64,000 nt of DNA from Gammaproteobacteria bacterium (GCA_029862165.1 JAOTXU010000009.1:65497-129496), one strand, 5' to 3'; shown: positions 1-9,530, counted from the first letter of the stretch. Numbers and translations are program-made. Notes: generated by a model from the letters alone, not told the origin.

Positions 1-301
1 CGATTATCGTTTGGAAATTTTCATGCCGGCTGCTAAACGTAAATGGGGCTATTACGTCATGCCTTTTTTGATGGATGAAAAACTTGTTGCACGGGTGGAT
101 TTGAAGGCGGACCGTAAAAATAGCCGGTTGCAGATAATCGCTGCCTATAGCGAACCGGGTGCGCTGGAAAGCAAGACCACGGCGGCGCTTGCGGTCGAAC
201 TCGATCAAATGGCCGAGTGGCTCGAACTGGAGTCAGTCAGTGTTGGCCGACGGGGCAACCTGGCGCGTGGTCTATCGCGCGCGGTCGCCAACCGGCGCTG
301 A
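1..301 (+). CDS. YcaQ-like winged-helix DNA glycosylase family protein, C-terminal fragment (5' end outside window)
   Basis: Reading frame is open to the window edge (codons from nt 2). The sequence [15 protein letters not shown]...[11 protein letters not shown] resembles the C-terminus of the YcaQ/DUF1006 family. Confidence 0.55.
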   Translation, partial: DYRLEIFMPAAKRKWGYYVMPFLMDEKLVARVDLKADRKNSRLQIIAAYSEPGALESKTTAALAVELDQMAEWLELESVSVGRRGNLARGLSRAVANRR

Positions 302-341
302 TCTGCCCCGTTATAATGTATTTTTATTGGACAGATACAGC

Positions 342-722
342 ATGAGTTTTTCAGTAGTTGCCTTGTCGGTATTGGCTGCGTTGATCGCATTGCTGGGTTT
401 TGCAGCGATGGTCAGAACACAGGTCTTTACCGGCCTGGCGAAGTATTTCAAACAGCCATGGGGAATCTGGGTTGCCGCGGGTATCCGAGTCTTCGCCGCG
501 ATCATTTTGTGGCTGGCCGCACCCGTTTCGCGCTTTCCGCAGGCATTCAGAGTGCTAGCGGTTTTGGCTTTGGTCGCCGCAGTGCTTGTCCTGCTCATCG
601 GTCATCAGCGTGTAAAAGCCATGATTGACTGGGCCGTTTGTCGACCGGCATGGTTCCTGCGAATGTTTGGCGTGTTTGCCGTCTTAGTTGGCGGGTTTGT
701 CCTGTGGGCTCTACATGGCTGA
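342..722 (+). CDS. Hypothetical integral membrane protein
   Basis: ATG at 342 lies inside ORF 159..722, whose upstream part overlaps the previous gene. The product has four hydrophobic segments. Confidence 0.5.
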   Translation: MSFSVVALSVLAALIALLGFAAMVRTQVFTGLAKYFKQPWGIWVAAGIRVFAAIILWLAAPVSRFPQAFRVLAVLALVAAVLVLLIGHQRVKAMIDWAVCRPAWFLRMFGVFAVLVGGFVLWALHG

Positions 723-1053
723 GCCTGATCTGTATTCGCCGCTGTTGGCATTCGCGCTGATAAACGTGGGGCTTGCTGCGGTCTCGCTGATGGCCGGCGC
801 GTTCAAGGTCGATCTGCTCCCCGGCTGGCCACCTCTTCGCGCCACGACGCTCGCTTTGTTTGGCGCTATGCTAGCGCTATTGAGCCATTTGTTACTCCGA
901 CATAGACCCGATACAAGCGGTAGTCTGTCGGCCTATGGTTTTGTGCTGGCCCACCCCACGCTGTTTGTAACGATAGCGCTGGGACTGATCCTGCTGGTTG
1001 TTTGCGTATACAGGGATGTTGCAAAGCAACACCGGAATTCAGTTGGGAAATAG
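715..1053 (+). CDS. Hypothetical integral membrane protein
   Basis: ATG at 715 overlaps the upstream stop (ATGGCTGA coupling). The product is hydrophobic with helix-like segments. Confidence 0.45.
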   Translation: MAEPDLYSPLLAFALINVGLAAVSLMAGAFKVDLLPGWPPLRATTLALFGAMLALLSHLLLRHRPDTSGSLSAYGFVLAHPTLFVTIALGLILLVVCVYRDVAKQHRNSVGK

Positions 1054-1091
1054 ATCTCTCCGTGGTAGTTTTTTCGGTAGGGGAGGTAGTA

Positions 1092-1487
1092 ATGAGCGCC
1101 GCGTATTATGTCGTGTTGGAGAATCCCAATCCGGGATTCAATACCCTCGTTCAGGGAGCCGCCTTGGCGAAGGCGGCCAGTAACATTGACCGCATCGCGA
1201 GAATGTTGGGAATAAAAATACTCGAGGACTTTGTAAACGCCGATCTAACTGAGTTTTTTGATGACGACGAGGAAGACATTCACAATACCGTCGCGGACGT
1301 GCATAAAGTCTGGTTCGATGCGAGCGAAGGCCTCGAATGGGCAACACAACTGGCCGAGTACATCGAGAACAATCCTTCTGATGTGCATGACGCGGAGGCG
1401 GTGCAGGATGATCTCGCCGAGTATCAGGAGTTGTTCCGTAACGCTTCCAAATCGGGCATACGCTGGCATTTGGAAGTAGACTACTAG
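1092..1487 (+). CDS. Hypothetical acidic cytoplasmic protein
   Basis: ATG at 1092 is preceded by GGGAGG. The product is a 131-aa acidic protein; I recognise no family. Confidence 0.5.
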   Translation: MSAAYYVVLENPNPGFNTLVQGAALAKAASNIDRIARMLGIKILEDFVNADLTEFFDDDEEDIHNTVADVHKVWFDASEGLEWATQLAEYIENNPSDVHDAEAVQDDLAEYQELFRNASKSGIRWHLEVDY

Positions 1488-1510
1488 GTCCATAGAGGTG
1501 TGACGTAGCC

Positions 1511-1966
1511 ATGGCAAAGGTTTCTCTTTCGCGGCGCATTGAATGTCCACGGCATGAAGTGTTCCGTTTGTTTTGCGACGTTGATCGATTGCCAAGCCAC
1601 ATCGGTGCGATCAAAGGAGTCGAAAAGCTTACCGAGGGCCCGGTGGGTGTTGGCACGCGGTTTCGCGAGACACGGGAGATGTTCGGCAAACAGGCTACCG
1701 AAGAAATGGTCTTTACGGATTTTCTGGCCGATGAGACCTACACGGTCGAGTGTGATTCGCACGGAACGCGCTATCGAAGTATTTTTCAGTTTGAACCCGT
1801 CGGCGACAAGACTGATGTTAACGTGAGGTTCGAGGTAAAGCCTTTATCATTGGCGGCAAAATTATTGTCGCCACTGGGTTGGTTGATGATTGGCGCAACA
1901 AAAAAACTCCTGGCCGGTGACGTTGAAGATCTCAAGAAAATTGCCGAGTCCGGTCACGCAGCGTAG
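1511..1966 (+). CDS. SRPBCC (polyketide cyclase/dehydrase-like) family protein
   Basis: 151 aa, with the length and pattern typical of SRPBCC ligand-binding proteins (RRIECPRHEVFRLFCDVDRLPSHI...). Confidence 0.6.
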   Translation: MAKVSLSRRIECPRHEVFRLFCDVDRLPSHIGAIKGVEKLTEGPVGVGTRFRETREMFGKQATEEMVFTDFLADETYTVECDSHGTRYRSIFQFEPVGDKTDVNVRFEVKPLSLAAKLLSPLGWLMIGATKKLLAGDVEDLKKIAESGHAA

Positions 1967-2039
1967 CCAAGAAATATTACGTCCATAAACTTTATCGGAA
2001 ATGATGACCGGTCACCATTTGGGGCGCTAAAGATACATT

Positions 2040-2414
2040 ATGTTCAATGATTCCAATATCCGTCTGTATCGGGTGATTTTTGTCTGCATGCTCGCCCTGG
2101 GTAACGTTGCCTGTGACGCCGCTGGCAAGCAAAAGACACTAGGCATCAATGTGCGTGGCTCCGTGTCGGTGCAACCTACTGAATTTTCGGGTCATTACAT
2201 CTATGTAGATATCGATGGTACGGAAGTGAGACGACAACTCAATGGCAGCGGAAACCTCAACGAGGTCGTGCAGGGAACACACGTGCGTCTGGCGACATTG
2301 CGGCGCACTTCCCCACAGGGTGTCATCGGGCTGGTGATTACCTCCAATGGGAACATTATCTACGATTCCGGCATGCTGCAGACCAACGACCTGATCGTAT
2401 ACGAAGCCCCTTGA
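2040..2414 (+). CDS. Hypothetical lipoprotein
   Basis: Signal peptide with a lipobox-like LGNVAC motif; the rest is beta-rich. Confidence 0.5.
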   Translation: MFNDSNIRLYRVIFVCMLALGNVACDAAGKQKTLGINVRGSVSVQPTEFSGHYIYVDIDGTEVRRQLNGSGNLNEVVQGTHVRLATLRRTSPQGVIGLVITSNGNIIYDSGMLQTNDLIVYEAP

Positions 2415-2421
2415 TTCACTG

Positions 2422-3042
2422 ATGTTTACGCCACGAGTGTTTCGGGTCGACGATACCGATCAACTGGTCGCATTCATGCGACGTTACAGTTTTTGCACAT
2501 TGATTACGCCAGCCGGTGACGATGTTTCAATCAGTCATGTGCCCATCCTGGTCGAGAAAAACGACGAAAAAATTGTGTTGGTTGGGCATCTGGCCCGCGC
2601 CAATCCACATGGCGCAGTCTTGAATGCAAATCGCAGCACAGCAATCTTTCATGGCCCGCACAGTTATGTGTCGCCGGCCTGGTATGCTGACAGTCACGAA
2701 GTGCCTACCTGGAATTACGCCGCCGTACATGCAGCGGGTGTTGCGCGCACGTTCAGCGACGCGCAGAGGCTGTCCTCTTTGGTCGATCGAATGATAGAGA
2801 CATACGAGGCGCTGCACGGCGCGCCCTGGGACAGACAATTGACAGATGAATATCGAAATAGCCAGTTGAGCCACATCACCGGATTCGAGATCGTCGTGGA
2901 AAAACTAAACGGCAAGTTTAAATTGGGTCAAAATCGTTCGCAGTCCGATCAGGACAGTATGCTGATTCGCCTTACAGAGTCGTCCGATGACGATAGCCGG
3001 GAATTGGCTGAATTTATTCGACAATATCGACGTCAGGACTGA
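2422..3042 (+). CDS. paiB: FMN-binding negative transcriptional regulator, PaiB family
   Basis: 206 aa. ISHVPIL, GHLARANPH, GPHSYVSPAWY and VPTWNYAAVHA are typical of PaiB. Confidence 0.8.
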   Translation: MFTPRVFRVDDTDQLVAFMRRYSFCTLITPAGDDVSISHVPILVEKNDEKIVLVGHLARANPHGAVLNANRSTAIFHGPHSYVSPAWYADSHEVPTWNYAAVHAAGVARTFSDAQRLSSLVDRMIETYEALHGAPWDRQLTDEYRNSQLSHITGFEIVVEKLNGKFKLGQNRSQSDQDSMLIRLTESSDDDSRELAEFIRQYRRQD

Positions 3043-5059
3043 GCGCCAGGCTAATGGTGAATTTTGCGCCCGTCCCCTCAGGCAGATTACTACAACTGAT
3101 CGTGCCGTTATGCGACTCGGCGATGAGTCTTGCGATGTGCAGGCCGAATCCGAGGTGAGGAACGACGCCTTTTCGCTCACGTAGCGATACCATCGAATCG
3201 AATATCTGGGATTGCATTTGTTCCGGTAGCGGCGGTCCTTCGTTTGCAACATTGAGCAGACAGCGATCGGCGGCAATATCGAGACTGACGTCGATGCGGC
3301 CATTTTCAGGACTGAAGTCCGCAGCGTTGTCGACTAGTTTGTCCAGCATTTGCGCGATCAATTCCGGCACGGCGCCGACATGACAGGGCCGGTCGGGTAG
3401 CGACAATTCGATACGGCGAGTCGGGTGCACGTCCCGGTATCCGCTGACACAGCCTTCGACTAGCTCACGCAGATCAAAATGCTCCACTTCGGCATGTGCG
3501 ATAGCCTGTTCGACGCGGCTCGCTTCGCTCATCGCCGTGAGTATGCTGCGCAAACGTTGCGACCCTTCACGGGCGCGCACCGCATAGACCTTGGCATCGT
3601 CGGGCAGATTGGCGGCGTCGAGGTTATCCAGCGAAGACTGAACAACGGCCAACGGCGTGCGCAATTCGTGTGACAGCTTTCCGGCCAGGCTGCGTAAATA
3701 ATCCGTGTGTTCGCGCAACCGGCCCAGTAGGTCTGCAAAATTACGTGAAAGATCACCGAGTTCGTCGGCGGCCTGTGTGCCCGGAAAAACATCGCTGATC
3801 GCACCATCCGGACTCACAGCCAGTTTTGCAGCTCGACTGAGACGTTGTATGCGTATCGACAAATAGGTCGCGAAACCGAGTAGTCCCAGGGCTGCTACCA
3901 GTGTGGCAAACAACGTCAACATTACCAGGCGGGCTAGTGCGCGATCAGTGAGCGTCAGAATTGCTTCGCTGGTTTGCTCCAGGATCACGGCGCCACGTAT
4001 TTTGTTTCCGGTGTCAACCGGATGGGCCGCAACGACGATGGCACTGCGTTCGTCCGCGGCGCGATACCAGCGTGCACCGGGCTGTCCGTTAAGAGCATTG
4101 GTGACTTCAGCCGAATGGAGCTGACCTTGTCGAGCTACACGCAGGGGATCGGGTTTACGTGCCGGTTGAATTATTCGTCTCAGCAGACGCTCGGCGAGCG
4201 GATAGGTTTTTTCGCCGTCACCGGACAAGCTGCGCGTGTCGCCTACTGAGCCGATTACCCAACCCGCAGGGTCAGTGACCACAATACGCCGATTGCCAAA
4301 TCGAAAATCGGCAATGGCAAGTTCCAATGCCGGCAGGCGGTGTATGAGCATACCCGGCCGGCTCGCAGAATAGGTCGATACCTGCTTGAGCGTATCGTTA
4401 TTCGCATCGGCGTCGATGATGCTTAGCCCCATGCGCGCGCCTATCAGGATATTTCGTAACCGAATCTCGATCTGATAGCCATCAGAGTTTTCTTCCCATA
4501 CGGTTTGCGCGCGAGGCTCATTGATCCAGCGCAATCCGTCACGACGTCGCACACCGCTGCGTCCTCGGGCTGAGGTTGCAATCAGAAGCTGCTGTGCAAC
4601 GCCCGCGGCATCCTCATAGTCGATCAATACGCGGTCGCTATGGTCGCTGCCGGGTGTCTCATAGCGTAGGTCGTCGTCATTGACCTGCAGGTATAGCCAG
4701 ATATCAGAATCGTCCAAGCCGGCGATATAGCTGACTGCGATCTCGCCAACTAATTCGTGGAAGTCTTCGGGCAGTACGCCCCAATCACCAACGAATCCGT
4801 CCAATGTGACGAAGGATGGTAGCTTCGTAGCATAGATATCGCTTTCTGGTGCTGCAGTTGAAACCAGTTGTGCAGGGTCACGCACCAGCAGCGTGGGGCG
4901 TTCGGCAAGTACTGCCGCGATTGCGCCGGCCCCGTCGGCGAGCGAATCCTGTTGACTCTGCCGTAACGCGGTTTCGAACTCACGTACGTATTGGCAACCG
5001 GCCCAGGGCAAGGCGAGGGTGAGCAAGCTGACCAATAGTAGTTGAGTGCGCAGCCGCAC
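3014..5059 (-). CDS. Sensor histidine kinase of the proteobacterial dedicated sortase system
   Basis: GTG start, N-terminal signal/TM segment and a large periplasmic domain. H-box LSHELRTPLAVV, N-box LVDNAADF, G-box GFGLHIARL. Sits immediately downstream of the response regulator and next to the sortase and its target. Confidence 0.85.
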   Translation of the reverse strand: MRLRTQLLLVSLLTLALPWAGCQYVREFETALRQSQQDSLADGAGAIAAVLAERPTLLVRDPAQLVSTAAPESDIYATKLPSFVTLDGFVGDWGVLPEDFHELVGEIAVSYIAGLDDSDIWLYLQVNDDDLRYETPGSDHSDRVLIDYEDAAGVAQQLLIATSARGRSGVRRRDGLRWINEPRAQTVWEENSDGYQIEIRLRNILIGARMGLSIIDADANNDTLKQVSTYSASRPGMLIHRLPALELAIADFRFGNRRIVVTDPAGWVIGSVGDTRSLSGDGEKTYPLAERLLRRIIQPARKPDPLRVARQGQLHSAEVTNALNGQPGARWYRAADERSAIVVAAHPVDTGNKIRGAVILEQTSEAILTLTDRALARLVMLTLFATLVAALGLLGFATYLSIRIQRLSRAAKLAVSPDGAISDVFPGTQAADELGDLSRNFADLLGRLREHTDYLRSLAGKLSHELRTPLAVVQSSLDNLDAANLPDDAKVYAVRAREGSQRLRSILTAMSEASRVEQAIAHAEVEHFDLRELVEGCVSGYRDVHPTRRIELSLPDRPCHVGAVPELIAQMLDKLVDNAADFSPENGRIDVSLDIAADRCLLNVANEGPPLPEQMQSQIFDSMVSLRERKGVVPHLGFGLHIARLIAESHNGTISCSNLPEGTGAKFTISLALSPDVDIVE

Positions 5060-5077
5060 GCGTTACTCCAGAAGCAC

Positions 5078-5776
5078 CTAAGCTTCTACGCCTTGCCAGC
5101 GATAACCCATGCCGTAAACCGTCTCTATTGCGTCGAAATCGTTATCGAGCGCTTTGAACTTTCGGCGTAGACGCTTTACGTGTGAAGTCACGGTGTTGTC
5201 GTCGAGTACTACGTTTGCTGCGTCCATGAGTTGTTGGCGGCTTTTCACGTGTCCTGGATATCGTGCCATCGCGTGTACCAACCAGAATTCTGTGACGGTC
5301 AGCGGTACGGGTTGATCGTCCCAGGCTGCTGTCATGCGTTCGCTGTCCAGAGTCAGTCGTCCGCGCCGCAGGACTTCCTCTGCAACGACGGCTTTGCGTA
5401 AAGCCTCCGAGCGACGGAATAACGCGGCAATACGCGCCATCAGGTGCGGGATACTAATGTCTTTTGTCAGATAGTCGTCGGCCCCCAGACGCAGACCGGA
5501 TATGGCATCGAGTTCACTGTCTCGTGCGGTCAGGAAAATGATGGGCAAGTCTGCCGCCGCTGCGCGCAGTTCCCGGCACAACTCGAAGCCACCCTCGATT
5601 TCGTCACCCAGGTTGATATCAATCACCACACAATCCGGTAGCGATTGTTCAAAGGCTGCCATCGCCGAAGCCCTGTCGGAATAGGCTTTTACGTCATAAC
5701 CATTGCGCCGAAAGGCATCTTCATAGTTGTGACGGATCGCTGCCTCGTCTTCGACGATCGCTATCTGTCGGGACAT
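5078..5776 (-). CDS. OmpR-family response regulator of the dedicated sortase system
   Basis: ATG at 5776 with GGAGAA upstream. Receiver domain (IAIVEDE...VIDINLGD) plus winged-helix output (YGMGYRW). Confidence 0.85.
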   Translation of the reverse strand: MSRQIAIVEDEAAIRHNYEDAFRRNGYDVKAYSDRASAMAAFEQSLPDCVVIDINLGDEIEGGFELCRELRAAAADLPIIFLTARDSELDAISGLRLGADDYLTKDISIPHLMARIAALFRRSEALRKAVVAEEVLRRGRLTLDSERMTAAWDDQPVPLTVTEFWLVHAMARYPGHVKSRQQLMDAANVVLDDNTVTSHVKRLRRKFKALDNDFDAIETVYGMGYRWQGVEA

Positions 5777-5905
5777 GCTCGGAATTCTCCTGGTTAGCTG
5801 GGCACAAGGCCCGGCGCCACAATCTGCCATATTCGATCGCCAAATTGCCACCTAAACCGCAATCGACGGCCCCAATCCAGGCGTGAAATCTACCCCATCA
5901 ATCAT

Positions 5906-8044
5906 ATGGGGAGCAGGGCAATGAACGCAGACGCCACCAAAACAAAGCGGCCACGGATGAGTGAGATGTTCGAGACCCAGCTCGATTTTCTCGCGCCAGC
6001 GGTAAAAACTGCACGACCTACACGCGGCCGCGCACTGACACGGCTGGCTACATTGCTGATGCTGCTGGGTCTGGTAGTTGTCGTTGCCGGCCAGACCGTT
6101 GTCGCGGCACCAATGGATGAGATAGGCGCTGGCACCCTTTTGTTCCGTTCAGATAACGGCGATGTCCAGGCCCCACGCCTGGAAACCCGTGTCGATATAG
6201 CCGTTAGCGGCATGATCGCGCGGGTCGATGTGCGACAACGTTTTAACAATCCGGGCACAGAACACGTTGAAGGCATTTATGTTTTCCCGTTGCCTGACGA
6301 TGCGGCTGTCGATTCTCTGAAACTGCATATTGGCGATCGTGTCGTCATCGGAGAAATAAAGGAGAAAGCCGAAGCCAGAAAAACCTACGCCAAAGCACGG
6401 GAGAGTGGTCAGCGCGCCAGTCTGGTCGAACAGCAAAGACCCAACATGTTCACGACGGCAGTTGCCAACATCGCGCCGGGCGAAGCGGTCGAAGTCGAAA
6501 TCGCTTACTTGCAGACACTCAAGTATTTGCAAGGGACCTTCAGTATTCGTTTTCCGATGACCGTCGCGCCACGCTACGAGCCGGAAACTACATCGGTATA
6601 CGCCGCTACAGACGTGTCGCTCGTGTGCTGCGAGTCCGGTTTTGCGGCGGATCAAATACCGTTGGCTTTCCATCCCATGGAGGAAAGTGCTAACGAGGCA
6701 GAAATCAACGTAAGAATCGACGCCGGTTTTCCGTTGGCGCGCATAGAGAGTCTCTATCACTCAATGGATATGTTGCAGGCGGGAAAAGTTCACTTGCTGA
6801 CCACCGCCACCGGCAAAGTGCCTATGAATCGCGACTTCGAACTGGTATGGCAACCGGCGTTGGGAAGCGCACCACAGGCGGCGGTGTTTAGCGAGACCTG
6901 GGACGGTGAGGACTACGCGCTGATTATGTTCATGCCTTCCGATACCGGCGCACTTGCGTTAAACATGCCGCGTGAAATTGTCTATGTCATCGATACTTCC
7001 GGCTCGATGGCTGGTACGTCCATTGAACAGGCCACGGATGCACTGCGTTTTGCTGTTGACCGGCTGAGTCCGCAGGATCGATTCAATATTATTCGTTTTT
7101 CCACTCACGCACGCAAATTGTTTTCTTCTGCTCTTGCAGCGGATGATGCACATAAGCAAAAGGCGCAGCGTTTTATCGATGGTCTTAATGTAGACGGCGG
7201 AACCAATATTGCCGAGGCGCTGGACCTGGCGCTCGACGAACAAGCAGACATGCGTGCCACCGCCGATGGTTTCTTGCGACAGGTCGTGTTTGTGACCGAT
7301 GGCAGCGTCGGAAATGAGCAGCAGCTGTTCACGCAGATCAGTGAACAACTCGGCAATTCCCGTTTGTTCACGGTCGGTATAGGCTCGGCACCAAACGCAT
7401 GGTTCATGCGCAAAGGCGCTGAGTTCGGTCGTGGTACCTATACCCATATCGGTGGCGATCATATGATCGAAGAACGCATGGATTCTCTGTTGGCCCGTCT
7501 GGAACAGCCGGTACTACGAGATATTGAAATCGAAGGGCCGGCCGGGGCGAGTCTGTCACCCGAGCGAATTGGCGATCTTTATGCCGATGAACCTATCGTC
7601 GTGCGGGCGAAACTTCAATCGAACACGGGACAGTTCAAGCTGCGTGGCCGCCGGGCATCGCTGCCCTGGCAAAAGAATCTCTCGCTGACCACAGAGAACG
7701 ACAATCCGGGTGTAGCCGCGTTGTGGGGCCGCAGCCGTATTGAAGCATTAATCGACAGCCTCACAGCCGGCGCAGATCCGCTACAAGTACGCGGCGAAGT
7801 CGTGCAACTGGCACTAAAACATCATTTGGTCAGCCGCTACACCAGTCTGGTCGCGGTCGACTACACACCTAATCGTGCGCCCGGCACCCAGCTCAATTCG
7901 AAATTGGTGGCGGCCAATGCTCCACATGGTTCCACGATGACCGGTTACCCTGCCGGCGCTACGCCGTCGGCATTACTTTTACTGTTTGGTCTGTTAACGC
8001 TACTGCTGTCCGCAGCAGGTGCTGCGACAGGTCGGCAGCCGTGA
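5906..8044 (+). CDS. Marine-proteobacterial sortase target protein (VIT + von Willebrand factor A domains, C-terminal sorting signal)
   Basis: N-terminal TM/signal segment, VIT-like region and VWA MIDAS motif VYVIDTSGSM. C-terminus is YPAGAT + hydrophobic helix + GRQP. The stop overlaps the sortase start (GTGA). Confidence 0.85.
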   Translation: MGSRAMNADATKTKRPRMSEMFETQLDFLAPAVKTARPTRGRALTRLATLLMLLGLVVVVAGQTVVAAPMDEIGAGTLLFRSDNGDVQAPRLETRVDIAVSGMIARVDVRQRFNNPGTEHVEGIYVFPLPDDAAVDSLKLHIGDRVVIGEIKEKAEARKTYAKARESGQRASLVEQQRPNMFTTAVANIAPGEAVEVEIAYLQTLKYLQGTFSIRFPMTVAPRYEPETTSVYAATDVSLVCCESGFAADQIPLAFHPMEESANEAEINVRIDAGFPLARIESLYHSMDMLQAGKVHLLTTATGKVPMNRDFELVWQPALGSAPQAAVFSETWDGEDYALIMFMPSDTGALALNMPREIVYVIDTSGSMAGTSIEQATDALRFAVDRLSPQDRFNIIRFSTHARKLFSSALAADDAHKQKAQRFIDGLNVDGGTNIAEALDLALDEQADMRATADGFLRQVVFVTDGSVGNEQQLFTQISEQLGNSRLFTVGIGSAPNAWFMRKGAEFGRGTYTHIGGDHMIEERMDSLLARLEQPVLRDIEIEGPAGASLSPERIGDLYADEPIVVRAKLQSNTGQFKLRGRRASLPWQKNLSLTTENDNPGVAALWGRSRIEALIDSLTAGADPLQVRGEVVQLALKHHLVSRYTSLVAVDYTPNRAPGTQLNSKLVAANAPHGSTMTGYPAGATPSALLLLFGLLTLLLSAAGAATGRQP

Positions 8045-8631
8045 AAAAGCTGCTGCTGATGACACTCGCAATCGCAGGTCTGGCACAACTGGCAGGAGCC
8101 GCCTACATTCCGGCCAAAGCAGAACTGGCCCAGGTATTGCTGGAACGTGCCTGGACCACAACCGCCATGACCCGGGACAAGATCCGTCCCTGGCCGTGGG
8201 CCGATACCTGGCCTATCGCGCGTCTGCAATCGTTTAAACATGATGTGGATCTGATCGTGCTGGAAGGGATGACCGGCAGCACGATGGCTTTCGGGCCTGC
8301 TCATATGAGCGCGAGCGCACTACCCGGCAACGCCGGCAACAGCATCATCGGCGCGCACCGCGACACGCATTTCAAGTTTTTGGAAAAACTAAGTATCGGT
8401 GATCGTATCCTGGTCGAGCGTAGCGACGGAAAGGAATTCTGGTTCAGGGTGAACTCGGTACAGGTCGCCGACAGCCGTAATAGCCGCTTATCGCTTGAAG
8501 CCGACGACAGCCGGCTAACGCTGGTAACGTGCTATCCCTTTGATGCTATCAATCCGGGTGGGCCGTTGCGTTACGTGGTCAGCGCCCAGAAAGTCCCGGT
8601 CACGCAAACCGCCGCAACGCACAACCCGTGA
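8041..8631 (+). CDS. Class GN (Gram-negative) sortase
   Basis: Signal anchor followed by the catalytic triad context: IIGAHRDTHF (His), LTLVTCYPF (Cys), GPLRYVV (Arg). Confidence 0.85.
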   Translation: MKKLLLMTLAIAGLAQLAGAAYIPAKAELAQVLLERAWTTTAMTRDKIRPWPWADTWPIARLQSFKHDVDLIVLEGMTGSTMAFGPAHMSASALPGNAGNSIIGAHRDTHFKFLEKLSIGDRILVERSDGKEFWFRVNSVQVADSRNSRLSLEADDSRLTLVTCYPFDAINPGGPLRYVVSAQKVPVTQTAATHNP

Positions 8632-8923
8632 ATATTTTTTCCTCTACGCTGTTATTTGTATCCCAAACGTTTTGACCATATTTGCCGAGCGGTTATCTCA
8701 CAAGGAGCCGGCGTCCAACGGCAGATTTTATGAATGACTGCTTCCGATCTGTGCAAACATAAAGAACCCTTGAAACTTAGTGACCGTAACGACTCCGCAC
8801 AACCATTCGTGTTTAGATAACACCAGGCATCGGTCTAAGGCCTGCTAACGAAAACCGGACGCTGTACGAGCTGCTACAATCCCGGTGACACACCAACAGT
8901 TCAACGACAAGGGAGAGTGAACA

Positions 8924-9358
8924 ATGAGATACAAGTTTCAGACGCCAAGTCTTATGCTGGCCGCAGCGCTTCTACTGATTCTGGCACCGGTAATCCACGC
9001 CGGCGGCGGTACCGCGGCGATTACCATGAACAGTATGACTGTCGACACGACGACTGCCGGTGAGGCAACGATAACCGTTAACATAACCAATGATGGAAGC
9101 GGCCGGATCAAGGTTGACCTCAACGTCATCGCACTGGGCGACTGCGCAGGCGATGTCTTTACCTGCGATATCTACGATTGCAGCCGCTCCGGCGTTGGCA
9201 GCATTGATGGCGTGAACCTTGACGCCGGGATGTCCGAGGACTACTCGATAACACTACCCCTCGATGCCGGCGACTACGTATTCCGTTCGCGGATCTCTGG
9301 CACCAAGGGTGGGTCCGAGGATCAGAAGTGGGGCGTCCAGTCGGCGACTGTGCTGTAG
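8924..9358 (+). CDS. Hypothetical secreted beta-rich protein
   Basis: Signal peptide ...LAPVIHA|GGG and an RBS GGGAGAG. 144 aa, Thr/Asp/Gly-rich, four Cys. Confidence 0.5.
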   Translation: MRYKFQTPSLMLAAALLLILAPVIHAGGGTAAITMNSMTVDTTTAGEATITVNITNDGSGRIKVDLNVIALGDCAGDVFTCDIYDCSRSGVGSIDGVNLDAGMSEDYSITLPLDAGDYVFRSRISGTKGGSEDQKWGVQSATVL

Positions 9359-9386
9359 CTCGCACGGAGATCAAAGCAACAGAAGA

Positions 9387-9417
9387 GGCGCTGACGGACA
9401 GTTAGCGCCTTTTTTTC
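9387..9417 (+). terminator. Rho-independent terminator
   Basis: GGCGCT...AGCGCC stem followed by a T7 run, 29 nt after the stop at 9358. Confidence 0.55.
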
Positions 9418-9426
9418 TTCCGCTTG

Positions 9427-9520
9427 GGCGATTTGGGTGTATCGAGACACGCAGATCCATAAGTCGCGTAGCGACGCTTTCGTGAGGCCAAAGGCCGAGC
9501 TTTCGGTTAGGTGGGGAGCG
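9427..9520 (+). repeat. Dispersed ~95-nt intergenic repeat, copy 1
   Basis: About 80-85% identical by eye to the reverse complement of 61198..61292. Shared cores are TAAGTCGCGTAGCGAC (GTCGC/GCGAC hairpin) and TCGTGAGGCCAAAGGCCGAGCT. Confidence 0.7.
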
Positions 9521-9530
9521 GCCTTCGTGG

